Positions 39,924 to 50,846 of a DNA stretch of 64,000 nucleotides are shown here, piece by piece. The stretch spans positions 1-64,000 of the forward strand of contig CBDCKN010000003.1 of NCBI GenBank assembly GCA_965218295.1, given 5' to 3'. Source of the stretch: Longimicrobiales bacterium (lineage in GTDB: Bacteria > Gemmatimonadota > Gemmatimonadetes > Longimicrobiales > Gaopeijiaceae). Each line of letters opens with the position of its first letter. The stretch's first letter is position 1. A program made the translations under genes and the position numbers. The notes below the pieces were generated by a model. It was given only the letters and a program-made list of their open reading frames with translations. It did not search any database and was not told where the DNA came from.

Positions 39924-40893
39924 ATGAAAATCGTCCTGAGGGTCATCGGCGTACTCCTCGTCACTCTGCTTCTGGCAGGGGCCGGCGTCTACGTGTGGGC
40001 ATCCACCACGAGTACCCGACTGCGGTCCCGGACGTTCGAAGCCCATACGGTGGACTTCCCGATGTCCTTCCCGTTGAGTGAGGAGGAGTTGGCTGAGTCA
40101 GGACTCAACGCGGAGGAGGGTGAGCAGCTCGCGATGGAGCGTGCACTCCAGCGGGGCAAGCACCTGGTCGAGGTGCGATACGCGTGTACCGAATGCCACG
40201 GACAAGACTTCGGCGGCGGCGTGATGATAGATGCTCCACTCCTCGGCCGGATCTTGGGCCCGAACCTCACGTCGGGGACGGGGAGCCGAACCGTGGGCTA
40301 CCGACCCGCCGATTGGGACCGGATCGTGCGGCACGGTCTTCTCAGGGACGGGAGGCCCGGAGCGATGCCCTCGGAGGACTTTCAGCTCATGTCGGATCAG
40401 GAGCTGTCCGACATCGTGGTCTATCTGTTGTCGCAACCGCCGGTCGACAACGAGGTCCCGCCTCCCACCTTGGGCCCCTTGGGCAAGGTGCTCATGGCCA
40501 CGGGCCAGCTGCGGCTCTCCGCCGACCTGATCGAGTCCCACGACGCCCCACACGCCGTGAACCCACCTCCTGCTGAGGTCTCGGTGGAGTTCGGTGAGCA
40601 CCTCGCGGGGATCTGCACCGGATGCCACCGTGAGAACCTCGCCGGTGGTCCCATCGCCGCGGGCGATCCGAGCTGGGCACCGGCTCGCAACCTCACGCCC
40701 CACTCCGACGGGTTGGCGGGATGGACCTACGAGCAGTTCATCGCGGCAATGCGTGACGGGATACGGCCGGACGGCACGGAGCTGCTGATGCCGATGAGCC
40801 TGATGCTCCCGTACGCGCAGGAGGACCGACGTGGAGATGGAGGCGCTATGGACCTATCTCCAGTCGGTGCCGGCGGTCGCGAGCCCGGACTAG
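39924..40893 (+). pseudogene. Membrane-anchored diheme cytochrome c, frameshift near 40822
   Basis: CTECH and CTGCH; true tail TDVEMEALWTYLQSVPAVASPD* lies in another frame. Confidence 0.85.
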
Positions 40894-40952
40894 CGCTCGG
40901 CGTTCACTGTGCAACCCGCCGGGTTTCAGTGACCCCCGCCGGACGCACACGA

Positions 40953-41571
40953 TCAATCCGACTGGAAGCCCGTAACGATCAGGCGATACGCCTCGTTCTC
41001 CGCATCGTACTCGGCGCGGAATTGAGTCGGATACCGGACTTCCGCAGGAAGGTTCTCGACCGCCGGTACGTCTAGCGAGAAGCCCGCCTCCTGGAGGAGT
41101 AGCTCCCGGGTCAGCATCGGCTCGAAGAAGAGAGCCTCGCCACGGTAATACCCCACCAGCATACTGGCCCGAAGAGTTCAGTCTGCGAAAGCTCTTCCTC
41201 CAGCATCGCGTGCATTCCCATCTGGGGCACGCACAGACCGACGAGCATTCCTATCTCCGGAATTTCGATGTCGGGTAGCGTATACCCGGCCGGAACCCGC
41301 TCGGGCTTGCCCAAATCCGCACTGCCGCCTCCTGTGCGGGTGGCCAAACCATCTCCGCCTCGGCGGGCGCCGCCTCGATCGATGCGAGGGGGACCGTGGC
41401 GCCAAGCTCCACTACCGTCTCTCCCTCCATCACCGCCCACGTACACACCTCCGCACCATACATATCGGCGCACTCGCCGGACGCCAGGCGGGAGTCCGGA
41501 GTACAGGAGGTCAAAAGGACAAGCACCGCAGCAACGAGGGGGGCCGCCGTAGCGACGTGTTTCGCACTCAT
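40953..41571 (-). pseudogene. DUF5602-like lipoprotein with several frameshifts and a probable internal deletion
   Basis: Fragments in three frames: lipobox LLTSC...; PAGYTLP...VPQMGMH; GYYRGEALFFEPMLTRELL...YPTQFR. Confidence 0.7.
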
Positions 41572-41634
41572 GGATAGCCTCACTTTCCGTTGACGGAATC
41601 GAACAGTTTGAGAGGTTGCCCGCTGGAACGGCCC

Positions 41635-42426
41635 CTACGCTTGTACACCTCCACTCGAGTGCAGCGCGAACGCCGCCCCTTGGGGGTCCATGCACTGCAC
41701 GACCCGATCCCCGCCGGGCACGTCCATGGGTCCGTTGAGCACCTGGCCGCCCAGTGACTTCACGGTCTCGGCGGCAGCCTCGACGTCAGGCACCTTGGCA
41801 TACAGGAGCCAGTGTGGAGGCGCGGGGATCTCGGGAAGCAGGTTGTACATGCCCCCCAACTCATGCTCGCCGCTCCCGTACATCTGGTAGACGCCCATCT
41901 CGCCCATATCCATCGCGGTGGTCTTCTGCCATCCGAATAGGGCCGAGTAGAAGTCGAAGCCGGCCTCATAGTCGGAGGTGGCGAGCTCGTGCCACGAGAA
42001 CTCGCCGACCTGGGGCGGCCCTTCGCGCCCCGGCGAGTCGGCCTCGGCGGTGAAGACCGCGAAGACCGCTCCCTGGGGATCGCGCAGGACGGCCATGCGT
42101 CCCACGTCGGGGACGCTCATGGGCTCCATGAGGACCTGGCCGCCCAGCTCCTTGGCCCGCTCGACGGTGGCGTCCGTGTCGGGGGTCGAGACGTACGCCA
42201 GCCAGTGCGGAGGGGCGCCTGCGGCCCTGGCCTCCTCGGGAAGATCCATGATTCCTCCCACCGGGGCCTCCCCGATGGTGAACATGGTGTAGGGTTGCTC
42301 GCCGGCCTCCCAATCCTGCGTGCCCCACCCGACGACCTCCTTGTAGAACGCGATCGTGGGGCCCTTGTCCACCGTGAGCATCTCGTACCAGACGAAGCGT
42401 CCATGCGGCGACTCTGCCATTGCCAT
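41635..42426 (-). CDS. Two-domain VOC (glyoxalase/bleomycin resistance) protein
   Basis: GRFVWYEM / GEFSWHEL duplicated; PPHWL; DPQGA twice. Confidence 0.93.
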   Translation of the reverse strand: MAMAESPHGRFVWYEMLTVDKGPTIAFYKEVVGWGTQDWEAGEQPYTMFTIGEAPVGGIMDLPEEARAAGAPPHWLAYVSTPDTDATVERAKELGGQVLMEPMSVPDVGRMAVLRDPQGAVFAVFTAEADSPGREGPPQVGEFSWHELATSDYEAGFDFYSALFGWQKTTAMDMGEMGVYQMYGSGEHELGGMYNLLPEIPAPPHWLLYAKVPDVEAAAETVKSLGGQVLNGPMDVPGGDRVVQCMDPQGAAFALHSSGGVQA

Positions 42427-42708
42427 CCTCCCATCCGAAATAGGAGCCGAGGGTCAGGCCACGCTGACGCGGGCTAACCCGGAAAGGGTGTCAATAATGC
42501 CCTCGTTCGGGTCCCGTGGCCAGCGTCGAAAACTGTTTGCCTCAGGGGCTCGTCGGCTGAGCGGACTCCGCTCGCCCCCCCGTGGCGGCGGGGGTGGCGC
42601 CGGTGGCGGCCCACGGGCATCATGAGTGCCACTTCGCCAGAGTGGACGGCGCGGGCCGATCTCGCGCGGGGCCGATTGTCCCCGATCCATCTCGAACACG
42701 GAGGATCC

Positions 42709-43464
42709 ATGGAGGGCGTCGTCAGCCGAATGGACGCTCGCGTCGCGCTGGTCACCGGGGCTGCCAGGGGCATGGGTAGGGCCATCGCCCGGCGCCTCCA
42801 CGAGCTGGGCGCGTCCGTGGCGCTGAACGACCTGGATCCCAAGGCCACGAGCCGGGTGGCCGAGGAGCTGGGGGAAGATGTGCTGCCCACCCCGGCAGAC
42901 GTGACCTCGTCGGACGCCGTCCGGGAGATGGTGGCCACCACTCTGGACCGCTTCGGGCGCCTCGACATCCTCGTGAACAACGCGGGGATCCTCTTCCCAA
43001 CGCCGCTGGAGGAGATCTCGGAGGAGGAGTGGCGGCGGACCCTCGAGGTGAACCTCACAGGCGTGTTCTTTTGCACCCAGGCCGTGATCGATCCGATGAA
43101 AAGGGAGGGGTACGGGCGCATCGTGAACCTCTCCTCTACAGCCGGCAAGACGGTGAGCACTCTGGGTGGGGCCCACTACACCGCGTCCAAGCACGGCGTC
43201 CTCGGCCTCACCCGAGCCTCGGCCCTGGAGCTAGCACCCCACGGCATCACGGTGAACGCCGTCTGCCCGGGTCTCATCGACACCGAGATGGCCCACGAGA
43301 ACACGACGCCCGAGCGGTTGGAAGCCTACCGCACCGGCTTCCCGCTGGGGCGCCTGGGTCGGCCCGAGGAAGTGGCCGACCTGGTCTGCTTCCTGGCCTC
43401 CGAGGCGGCGGGCTACATCACCGGATCCGCCTACGACATCACCGGCGGAGACCTCATGGCATGA
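42709..43464 (+). CDS. Short-chain dehydrogenase/reductase (FabG-like)
   Basis: TGAARGMG, VNNAG, YTASK, NAVCPG; GGAGG before ATG 42709. Confidence 0.95.
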   Translation: MEGVVSRMDARVALVTGAARGMGRAIARRLHELGASVALNDLDPKATSRVAEELGEDVLPTPADVTSSDAVREMVATTLDRFGRLDILVNNAGILFPTPLEEISEEEWRRTLEVNLTGVFFCTQAVIDPMKREGYGRIVNLSSTAGKTVSTLGGAHYTASKHGVLGLTRASALELAPHGITVNAVCPGLIDTEMAHENTTPERLEAYRTGFPLGRLGRPEEVADLVCFLASEAAGYITGSAYDITGGDLMA

Positions 43465-43550
43465 CGGCCCCCCGGGGGCATGGCACCCTCCCCTGGTGGG
43501 TGACCGGCACCTCGATCGCCGCGACATGGTTCGCCACCGACGCGCTCAGG
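43461..43550 (+). pseudogene. N-terminal remnant of a sodium:solute symporter
   Basis: TLPWWVTGTSIAATWFATD motif, after which similarity ends abruptly. Confidence 0.7.
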
Positions 43551-43652
43551 GGGCGGTCTGCTCCTCCTCGGAATCTTGACCGGATTCGTTACCTTGAGCG
43601 TCGCCGTGGACGGTCGCCCGGAATCGGAGAACTGACGCCGGACTGACTCCGC

Positions 43653-44339
43653 TCAGTCCCCGGCCACGCGCCTGGCTTCCTCCCGGTACTCCTGGCTGGC
43701 GAAGATGGCGACTTCGACCCGGCGATTCTCCTGTTGACCCGCCTCGGTCTCGTTGGATGTCACCGGCTCTATCTCTCCCAGACCCTGGACGTGAGTGAGC
43801 TCAGCCGGGATGCCCCGAGTCGTCAGGAAGTCGGCAGCCGCTTGAGCACGACGCTCGGACAAGCTCTGGTTGTACGCCTCGGCGCCCACCGAGTCCGTAT
43901 GTCCCGCGATCAACAGCTCGTAGTCGTCCAAGTCGTCCGAGAGAACACGAGCGAGGTCGCTGAGGTTCTCGCGGGCTTCGGGTTGAAGCTGTGACGAGTC
44001 GAAGTCGAAGAGGATGCCGGAGCCGAACGTAACCAGGATTCCTTCTCCGACCCGCTCGACCGTGGCGTTGTCGAGCTCTCGGGCCAAGGTCTCGGCCCTG
44101 TCGTCCATCCGACTTCCGATCAGGGCTCCCGCCGCACCTCCTACAACCGCTCCGATGATGGCCCCCTTCGTGGTGGAGCCCGCGGCGGCTCCAATCACGG
44201 CGCCGAGGACGCCTCCCGCCCCCGCACCGATCACGGCTCCCCTCTGGGTAGTGCTCATGCCCGAGCACCCGACGCTCGCGAGGGAGATCACCCCAGCCGT
44301 CACGAATGTTCCTGCACAGCGAAATATGTCGGTTCTCAT
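43653..44339 (-). CDS. OmpA family lipoprotein with glycine zipper
   Basis: Lipobox SVGC; GAVIGAGAGG; GHTDSVG...YNQSLSERRA; NRRVE. Confidence 0.95.
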   Translation of the reverse strand: MRTDIFRCAGTFVTAGVISLASVGCSGMSTTQRGAVIGAGAGGVLGAVIGAAAGSTTKGAIIGAVVGGAAGALIGSRMDDRAETLARELDNATVERVGEGILVTFGSGILFDFDSSQLQPEARENLSDLARVLSDDLDDYELLIAGHTDSVGAEAYNQSLSERRAQAAADFLTTRGIPAELTHVQGLGEIEPVTSNETEAGQQENRRVEVAIFASQEYREEARRVAGD

Positions 44340-44546
44340 AGATCGAATCCCGGTTTGGTACTCTTCCCCGTTTCGCACGACCACCGCTCCCTCCAATCTA
44401 GCCAGTGCTCACGGCAATCAGAACAACGCCGTGGGGAGTCTTCGGTCGACGCTCCGATCCTGCACGTCTATATTGATGCCGCCGCTTCCGCCACGAGGGT
44501 CCCGGTGACCATCCACCCTACACATTGCGTGAGGTTGGGCATACCC

Positions 44547-44618
44547 GTGCAGAGAATCCTGGTGACAGGAGCCGGCGGGCAGATCGGCTCCGAGCTCGTC
44601 CCCGCACGGCAGCCCTGA
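44547..44618 (+). pseudogene. Deletion scar of an NAD-dependent epimerase-type threonine 3-dehydrogenase
   Basis: VQRILVTGAGGQIGSELVPA then stop, 19 bp before kbl. Confidence 0.75.
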
Positions 44619-44637
44619 ACCCAGGAGATAGACGAAG

Positions 44638-45864
44638 ATGCCTCTCGATCGTATAGCCGGTGTGCTGGATGCCCACGTGGCGGGCCTCGAGGAGGCCGGA
44701 ACCACGAAGGGCGCAGAGACCGTGGTCACGGGAGTACGAAGGGCCGAGGGAGATCGGGGCCCCCGATTCCTGCTGGAAGGTGAAGGGGACAAGGAGTTCA
44801 TGCGCATGAACTCCAATTCCTACCTGGGTCTGGGCCTCCACCCCGACGTCATCCGGGCCGGGGAGGCCGGATCTGCCGAGTTCGGGGCTGGCCCGGGAGC
44901 GGTTCGCTTCATAAGCGGATCCTACTCGGCGCACGTCGATCTCGAGCGGAAGCTGGCCGAGTTCCACGCCCGGGAGTCGGCCATGATCTTCTCGTCGGCC
45001 TACGCGAGCATCGTCTCGACGATCTCGCCACTGGTCACCTCCGAGACGGTCCTCATCAGCGACGCCCTCAATCACAACTGCATCATCATTGCCACGCGGC
45101 TGACCCGGCCCACCGGGAAGGTCGTCTACGACCACAATGACGTCGCGGGCCTGGAGAAGGCGCTGGAGGAGTGGGCGGGCAAGGCCAAGCGGGCCCTCAT
45201 CGTCACGGACGGCATCTTCAGCATGAGGGGAGATCACGCTCCCCTGGACGAGATCATGGAGGTCGCCGCCCGTCACGATCACGCCTACGAGGAAAACGCC
45301 GTCGTGCTGGTGGACGACTCCCACGGAGTGGGTTCGTTCGGAAGAACCGGGCGTGGAGTCGAGGAGTACACCGGCTCCCCGCCGGCGGACATCCTGCTGG
45401 GCACCCTGGGGAAGGCTTTTGGTGTAAACGGCGGATACGTCACGGCTCCCGAGTCGGTCATCGGCTTCCTCCGCGAGAGCTCACAGATGTACATCTACTC
45501 CAACCCGATCACCGTCGGAGAGGCTCGGGCGGCACTCAAGTCGCTGGAGATCGTGGACAGCCCCGACGGCCTGGCCCTGCTGGAGAGGCTCCGGGCCCTG
45601 ACCACGCGCTTCGAGGAGGGGTTGGCCCGCATCGGTGTGGAAACCATCCCCGGCGGGCATCCGGTCGTCCCGCTCATGATCCGCGATACTCAGAGGACGC
45701 GGGCCCTCGTGGACTACCTGTACGAGAACGGAGTGCTCGTCACGGGGCTGGCCTACCCGGTGGTGCCCCAGGGTGACGAGGAGATCCGTACCCAGATCAA
45801 CGCGGATCATACGGAAGCCGACATCGACCAGGTTCTCGGACTGCTGGAAGCGTACGATAGATGA
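44638..45864 (+). CDS. kbl: 2-amino-3-ketobutyrate CoA ligase (class II PLP enzyme)
   Basis: NSNSYLGL, AVRFISG, SDALNH, TDGIFSMRGD, VDDSHG, GTLGKAFG, YIYSN. Confidence 0.85.
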   Translation: MPLDRIAGVLDAHVAGLEEAGTTKGAETVVTGVRRAEGDRGPRFLLEGEGDKEFMRMNSNSYLGLGLHPDVIRAGEAGSAEFGAGPGAVRFISGSYSAHVDLERKLAEFHARESAMIFSSAYASIVSTISPLVTSETVLISDALNHNCIIIATRLTRPTGKVVYDHNDVAGLEKALEEWAGKAKRALIVTDGIFSMRGDHAPLDEIMEVAARHDHAYEENAVVLVDDSHGVGSFGRTGRGVEEYTGSPPADILLGTLGKAFGVNGGYVTAPESVIGFLRESSQMYIYSNPITVGEARAALKSLEIVDSPDGLALLERLRALTTRFEEGLARIGVETIPGGHPVVPLMIRDTQRTRALVDYLYENGVLVTGLAYPVVPQGDEEIRTQINADHTEADIDQVLGLLEAYDR

Positions 45865-46507
45865 TGCCCGCGCCGGCCTCGCCGGCGGCCGGAGACCGAG
45901 GACCGCACTTCTCGTGCTGACCCTGGCGTCGGCGTCGGCCATGCCGTTCGCGCGTGCTGCCGCCCAGGACTTCGAAGGCTCGGTGGCCATTACACTCCGC
46001 ACGGACATGGGCGACCTCGAGCTCTACGCCGATCGGGCGCCCGTCACCGTGGCCAACTTCCTCGCCTACCTCGACGCCGGTCACTACAACGGGGGCAGCT
46101 TCTACCGGGTGGTGCGCTACGACAACGACAACGGCAACCCGAAGATCGAGGTCATCCAGGGCGGCGTGAACGACCAGGGCCGGGGGGCGTTTTCGCCCAT
46201 CGCCCACGAGAGCACCGAAGACACGGGACTGCTGCACGTCGACGGCGCGATCTCCATGGGCCGGGGAGGCGTGGGAACGGCAACCTCCGAGTTCTTCATC
46301 TGCGTCGGCGACCAGCCGGGACTCGACCACGGTGAGTCCCGCAACGCCGACATGCAGGGATTCGCGGTCTTCGGGCAGGTGGTGGGGGGCATGGAAGTGG
46401 TGCGTGCCATCGACCGCATCGAGGCCACCGCCCCCTCGGACAGCGAGTACACGAGAGGCCAGATCCTGGAGGAGCCGGTGCGGATCGTGGAAGCGGTGCG
46501 ACGGTGA
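45861..46507 (+). CDS. Cyclophilin-type peptidyl-prolyl isomerase (5' end probably frameshifted)
   Basis: APVTVANFL, FYRVV, VIQGG, ATSEFFIC, GFAVFGQV; the coupled ATG at 45861 is one base out of frame, in-frame ATG at 45941. Confidence 0.8.
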
Positions 46508-46660
46508 GCGCGCTGGTCGGCCCCGACACCCTGATCCTCACCCAGCCCGAGGTGCGTCGTCTGGCGATTCGCCTTCTGGTGCTCCGGAACCGGCTTATCG
46601 CAGAGGGTGCCGGGGCCGCCCCCGTGGCGGCCGCCATGGCGGGGCAGGCGGGGAGGGTGC
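46504..46660 (+). pseudogene. Chimeric scar: ornithine-cyclodeaminase-like N-terminus fused to a threonine-dehydratase-like fragment
   Basis: DTLILTQPEVRRL joined directly to AIRLLVLRNRLIAEGAGAAPVAAAMAG. Confidence 0.6.
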
Positions 46661-46820
46661 CCAAACGTCGACTGCGGGGCGGACTGGCAGGCCCACGCAG
46701 ATTTTCCTGGCATCGTGAGCCATCGTTGGGTAAGGTGGAGGAGTCCCGCTAACCTTCCTCATTCAACCAGAAACCCAACCACTCGGACGCCAACCCAAGA
46801 CTAGACGGACCCGAGGCTCT

Positions 46821-47399
46821 ATGCGATCCAAGCTGCTCTACATTGTTGTGCTGGGTATCGCTCTCCTCTTGGACGCTGTCGTCATCTACGTGTTCACCGA
46901 TCCGCTGGCGCGGGTCACCGTTGGGCTGCTCTTTCTCCCTCCCATCCTCTGGGCCGCGGACGCTCTGGGGATCGCCGACGTGGTCAGTGATCTGCCCGCG
47001 ACCCGGATCCACTATCGGCAGTACGGTGCTCTTCGGTCGCAGGTGAGGCTGCTCCTCGACGTGGTGCGACGGCTGAACTGGTTGGCCGTGGATCTGGAGC
47101 GTGGAATCCGCAGCGAGGACGACGTCAGGGAGGAAATGAACCAGGCCCACGACCGACTCAAGGGGATCGTGGAGGGGATCCGGGACACAGCAGGGCGGGC
47201 CTCGGCGGGTCCCGAGGTGCTGGTGGAACCGAACCTGCCTGTGGACCGCAGTCAGCCTCCCCAGGATCAGCAGCACCAGCGCTGCGACCCACGCCCACAG
47301 TGTCGTCCGCATCATCCTCCCTCCCCCTCTTCACTCTACCGGCCGCCCGGCACCTACCTCGGCAGGTGCTCCTTCGGGAACTTCGCGACCACCGTGTAG
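46821..47399 (+). CDS. Hypothetical membrane protein (3' end doubtful)
   Basis: Two N-terminal TM helices plus a helical domain; tail reads into antisense sequence. Confidence 0.6.
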   Translation: MRSKLLYIVVLGIALLLDAVVIYVFTDPLARVTVGLLFLPPILWAADALGIADVVSDLPATRIHYRQYGALRSQVRLLLDVVRRLNWLAVDLERGIRSEDDVREEMNQAHDRLKGIVEGIRDTAGRASAGPEVLVEPNLPVDRSQPPQDQQHQRCDPRPQCRPHHPPSPSSLYRPPGTYLGRCSFGNFATTV

Positions 47400-48322
47400 A
47401 TCGGGTCGACGATGTTGGCGATCGTGTTCTCGCCGAGCTGCCCGACGAGCATATAGGCGTCCCACTTCCCAAAGCCGTACTCGTCGACGAGCCACTCGAT
47501 GAGCTCGACGTGCGCGAGCCTGAAGGCGTCGATGAGCGGCCGCGCGCTCCCGGCCACCATGATGTGCGTCTCGTCCTCGAAGCGCGGCCACGCGATCGTC
47601 TTGTTCTTGATGAGGTCGATGCGGAGCATCACGTCCATCGACGTCTCGAGGCCGGTACCGTTGACCTCCCCTTCGCCCTGCCGGGCGTGGCCGTCGCCGA
47701 AATAGAAGTACGCGCCGTCGTTGAAGATCGGCAGATATACCGTCGTGCCTTCCCGCACCTCGGGTGCGTCCATGTTGCCACCGAAGTTGCCGGGCCAGAG
47801 CCCCGTGAACGCTTCACCGGCTCCGGGGGCCACGGCGACCCGGCCGAGCATCGGCCGAAGCTCGATCGTGATCTCGCCCATCTCGGAGTCCGGAAGCTCG
47901 ACCGTACCCGTCAAGGCTTCGGTGTCCAGGCTCCACTCGTAGCGACGAGCCTGGATCGGATCGTTCAGCAGGCGCACACGCGAGTCGGTCGCCAGGCCTC
48001 CGAAGTCCGAGTAGAGCTGGGCGCCGGCCAGGTCATGGTTCGGCCGGACCTTGAGGATTTCCACGACCAAGACGTCGTTCGTTGTCGCGCCCTCGATCCA
48101 GAACGGGCCGACCTCACCCGGGAAATCCCCTCCGCCGGGATCGTAGTACGCCCCATGATTCGTGTTGGAGATGAGGATCGTGCCGGGCCGGATCGTGGCG
48201 ACCGGCTCGCGCACGTCGAACGTCGGATACGCGACCGTCGGCGTGAACCGGAGTGTGTCCTGCGCGGACGTCGACGTTGCCCCGAACAGGGCGGCTGCGA
48301 GTAGGGGGGTTGCGAATCTCAT
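47354..48322 (-). CDS. Acetamidase/formamidase family protein with signal peptide
   Basis: GPFWIEGA, PMLG, FGGNMD, GDGHARQGEGEVNGTGLE. Confidence 0.92.
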   Translation of the reverse strand: MRFATPLLAAALFGATSTSAQDTLRFTPTVAYPTFDVREPVATIRPGTILISNTNHGAYYDPGGGDFPGEVGPFWIEGATTNDVLVVEILKVRPNHDLAGAQLYSDFGGLATDSRVRLLNDPIQARRYEWSLDTEALTGTVELPDSEMGEITIELRPMLGRVAVAPGAGEAFTGLWPGNFGGNMDAPEVREGTTVYLPIFNDGAYFYFGDGHARQGEGEVNGTGLETSMDVMLRIDLIKNKTIAWPRFEDETHIMVAGSARPLIDAFRLAHVELIEWLVDEYGFGKWDAYMLVGQLGENTIANIVDPIYTVVAKFPKEHLPR

Positions 48323-48579
48323 GACGGCTCCATCGGTTGCTTGTGTGCGATCGCTGCGCGGGCCGTAGTCCAGGGACCAAGGGTCGCCTGCGGAACAACC
48401 TGCCCGCCCGCACACACCGGACGCAACCACGGTCCCCCTCGTCGCGTCCTTGCAGGGGCGAGCGGCGAGCGTGCACCTTAGGCTGGGAACGGCCTCGCAA
48501 GGGGAGTTCAAGCGGTCGAAGTGGTGCACCGTCTGCGCACCGCAACCGCGATGTCCTTCAAAGAAGAGAGTAACCCGAC

Positions 48580-49620
48580 ATGTGTTCTCGCACCGAGGGA
48601 TGGATACGGACGTCCAACTTGGTCTGCGGCCTTTTCCTCGTAACCGTTTTCCCCCGGATCCTTTACGCCCAGGCCACCCAAGCCCGCTTCGAAGTCCCCA
48701 ACACGTCCGGGACGTCCTGGTTCAAGGGCAACACACACACGCACACGCTTGAAAGCGATGGGGATTCTTCGCCCGAGTACGTCGCCACCTGGTACAGAAA
48801 CCACGGATACCACTTCCTCGTCCTCTCCGATCACAACGTCATCACGGACCCCGCCCAGCTCGCGCATCTCACCAGCCCCGAGTTCATCCTCATTCCGGGT
48901 GAGGAGGTAAGCTCGAGCTATGAAAGCCATCCCGTGCATGTGAACGGCCTGAACCTCCCGGGTCTCGTCGATCCTCGGACGGGTGAAACCCTGGTTGTCA
49001 CCATTCAGAACAACGTCGACGCCATTCGGCAAGTCGACGGTGTGCCTCACATCAACCATCCGAACTACGGGTGGGCCTTCGGGGCTGAGGAGCTCGCGCA
49101 GATCGAGAATGACCGGCTTCTCGAGATCTACAACGGGCACCCTGCGGTGCATAACGAGGGTGGCGGCGGATATCCCAGCCTCGAAGAGATCTGGGACGTT
49201 CTCCTCACCGGAGGCAAGAGGATCTACGGAATTGCGGTCGACGATGCGCACCACTTTCAGGAGGAATTTTCCGCTGATCGATCGAATCCCGGAAGGGGTT
49301 GGATTGCCGTTCGTGCTCGGTCCCTCGACGCCCCAGAGGTCATGCGGCAACTGGAGGCCGGGCAATTCTATGCAAGTACGGGTGTCGAACTATCCGATGT
49401 CGTGACCGAGAACGACCGCCTCGAGGTCTACGTCGCGCCTCGGGGGAACTTCCGCTACACGACCACCTTTATCGGTTCGGAAGGCAGGGTGTTGGCCGTC
49501 TCTTCCGAGAATCCCGCCGTGTACAAACTCCAGGGCCGCGAGGGTTATGTGAGGGCCAAAGTGGTCGATTCCAGAGGTGACGCCGCCTGGGTGCAGCCGG
49601 TTTTCGTGATCACGCCCTGA
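48580..49620 (+). CDS. PHP-domain metallohydrolase (CehA/McbA-like)
   Basis: WFKGNTHTHT, SDHN, INHP, EIYNGH, DDAH, GQFYASTG. Confidence 0.9.
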   Translation: MCSRTEGWIRTSNLVCGLFLVTVFPRILYAQATQARFEVPNTSGTSWFKGNTHTHTLESDGDSSPEYVATWYRNHGYHFLVLSDHNVITDPAQLAHLTSPEFILIPGEEVSSSYESHPVHVNGLNLPGLVDPRTGETLVVTIQNNVDAIRQVDGVPHINHPNYGWAFGAEELAQIENDRLLEIYNGHPAVHNEGGGGYPSLEEIWDVLLTGGKRIYGIAVDDAHHFQEEFSADRSNPGRGWIAVRARSLDAPEVMRQLEAGQFYASTGVELSDVVTENDRLEVYVAPRGNFRYTTTFIGSEGRVLAVSSENPAVYKLQGREGYVRAKVVDSRGDAAWVQPVFVITP

Positions 49621-49625
49621 CAGCC

Positions 49626-50846
49626 ATGTCGCGATCCCTGACTATAGATGACATCCGCGAGGCGAGGGAGCGCCTCGGAGATCAGGTGGTGCTCACCCCC
49701 TGCACAAGATCGACGGCGTTTGGCGATCTGCTGGCATGCTCCCTCTGGCTCAAGTTCGAGACCCGGCAGCGCACAGGCTCGTTCAAGGACCGCGGTGCGC
49801 TCAACAAGCTGCTTCAGTTATCAGGCGAGCAGCGTTCACGGGGAATCGTGACGGCTAGTGCCGGTAACCATGCGCAAGCGGTCGCGCACCATGCCACGCG
49901 CCTCGGGATTCCGGCGACGGTGGTGATGCCGATCGGTACACCCTTGGTGAAGAGCTCGAACACGCGTCGCTTTGGAGCGCGTGTGATCCTGCATGGGAAT
50001 ACGGTTTCCGAGTCACTCGCCGAGGCCCGCCGCATGGTGGATCAGGAGGGCCTCACCATGGTGCACCCCTACGATGATCGGGCCATCATGGCGGGCCAGG
50101 GCACCATCGGCCTGGAGCTCGTAGAGCAGGTGGCTGGCTTGACGCACGTGGTGGTGCCTATCGGAGGGGGCGGGATCATCTCGGGAATCGCGGTCGCCGC
50201 GAAAGCCCTGAGCCCTTCGGTTCGTGTGATCGGCGTAGAGGCTGCGGCCGCACCTTCGGCGTATCGCTCGCGAGAGATGGGTGAGATGACTGACATCGAG
50301 AGCGCTGAGACCATCGCCAACGGCATCGCGGTGAAGCGGATCGGCGACCTCACGTTTCCTCTGATCGAGGAGTACGTGGATGACATCGTCGTCGTTGAGG
50401 AGGAGGAGATTGCCAGCGCGATCCTACTGCTTCTGGAGCGCGAGCGAACCGTAGTCGAGGGGGCGGGAGCCATACCCTTGGCGGCGTTGGTGCGTGGGCG
50501 GATCCCGGTCGGGGCCGACGACGTAGTGGCCGCGGTACTGTGCGGCGGCAATATCGACGTGAACCTGATCGCCCGCATCATCGAACGGGGGTTGGTAGCG
50601 GATGGGCGTCTGGCCAGGCTGATGGTCACCGTCCGGGATCGCCCAGGATCGCTAGCGGCACTGACCAAGGTCGCAGCGGGTCTGGGTGCTAACGTTCTTG
50701 AGATTGGCCACCGTCGCGCGTTCGCTGACATCACCGTAGGCGATGTGGAGATCGTCATGCATTTGGAGACACGTGGGAGAGAGCACGTAGAGGAGATCGT
50801 CGCGGCGCTGGAGGCTCTCGGGACCTCGGTGCGGGAGTACGTCTAG
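49626..50846 (+). CDS. ilvA: Threonine ammonia-lyase with C-terminal ACT domain
   Basis: QRTGSFKDRG, SAGNHAQ, PIGGGG, EGAGA, GGNID, DRPGSL. Confidence 0.93.
   Translation: MSRSLTIDDIREARERLGDQVVLTPCTRSTAFGDLLACSLWLKFETRQRTGSFKDRGALNKLLQLSGEQRSRGIVTASAGNHAQAVAHHATRLGIPATVVMPIGTPLVKSSNTRRFGARVILHGNTVSESLAEARRMVDQEGLTMVHPYDDRAIMAGQGTIGLELVEQVAGLTHVVVPIGGGGIISGIAVAAKALSPSVRVIGVEAAAAPSAYRSREMGEMTDIESAETIANGIAVKRIGDLTFPLIEEYVDDIVVVEEEEIASAILLLLERERTVVEGAGAIPLAALVRGRIPVGADDVVAAVLCGGNIDVNLIARIIERGLVADGRLARLMVTVRDRPGSLAALTKVAAGLGANVLEIGHRRAFADITVGDVEIVMHLETRGREHVEEIVAALEALGTSVREYV

Noticed and set aside
47230..47315. ORF 46749..47315 (-) as a real gene
   Set aside because: Only the first ~25 codons look like a signal peptide; the rest is antisense to the plus-strand membrane gene, so probably another truncation scar
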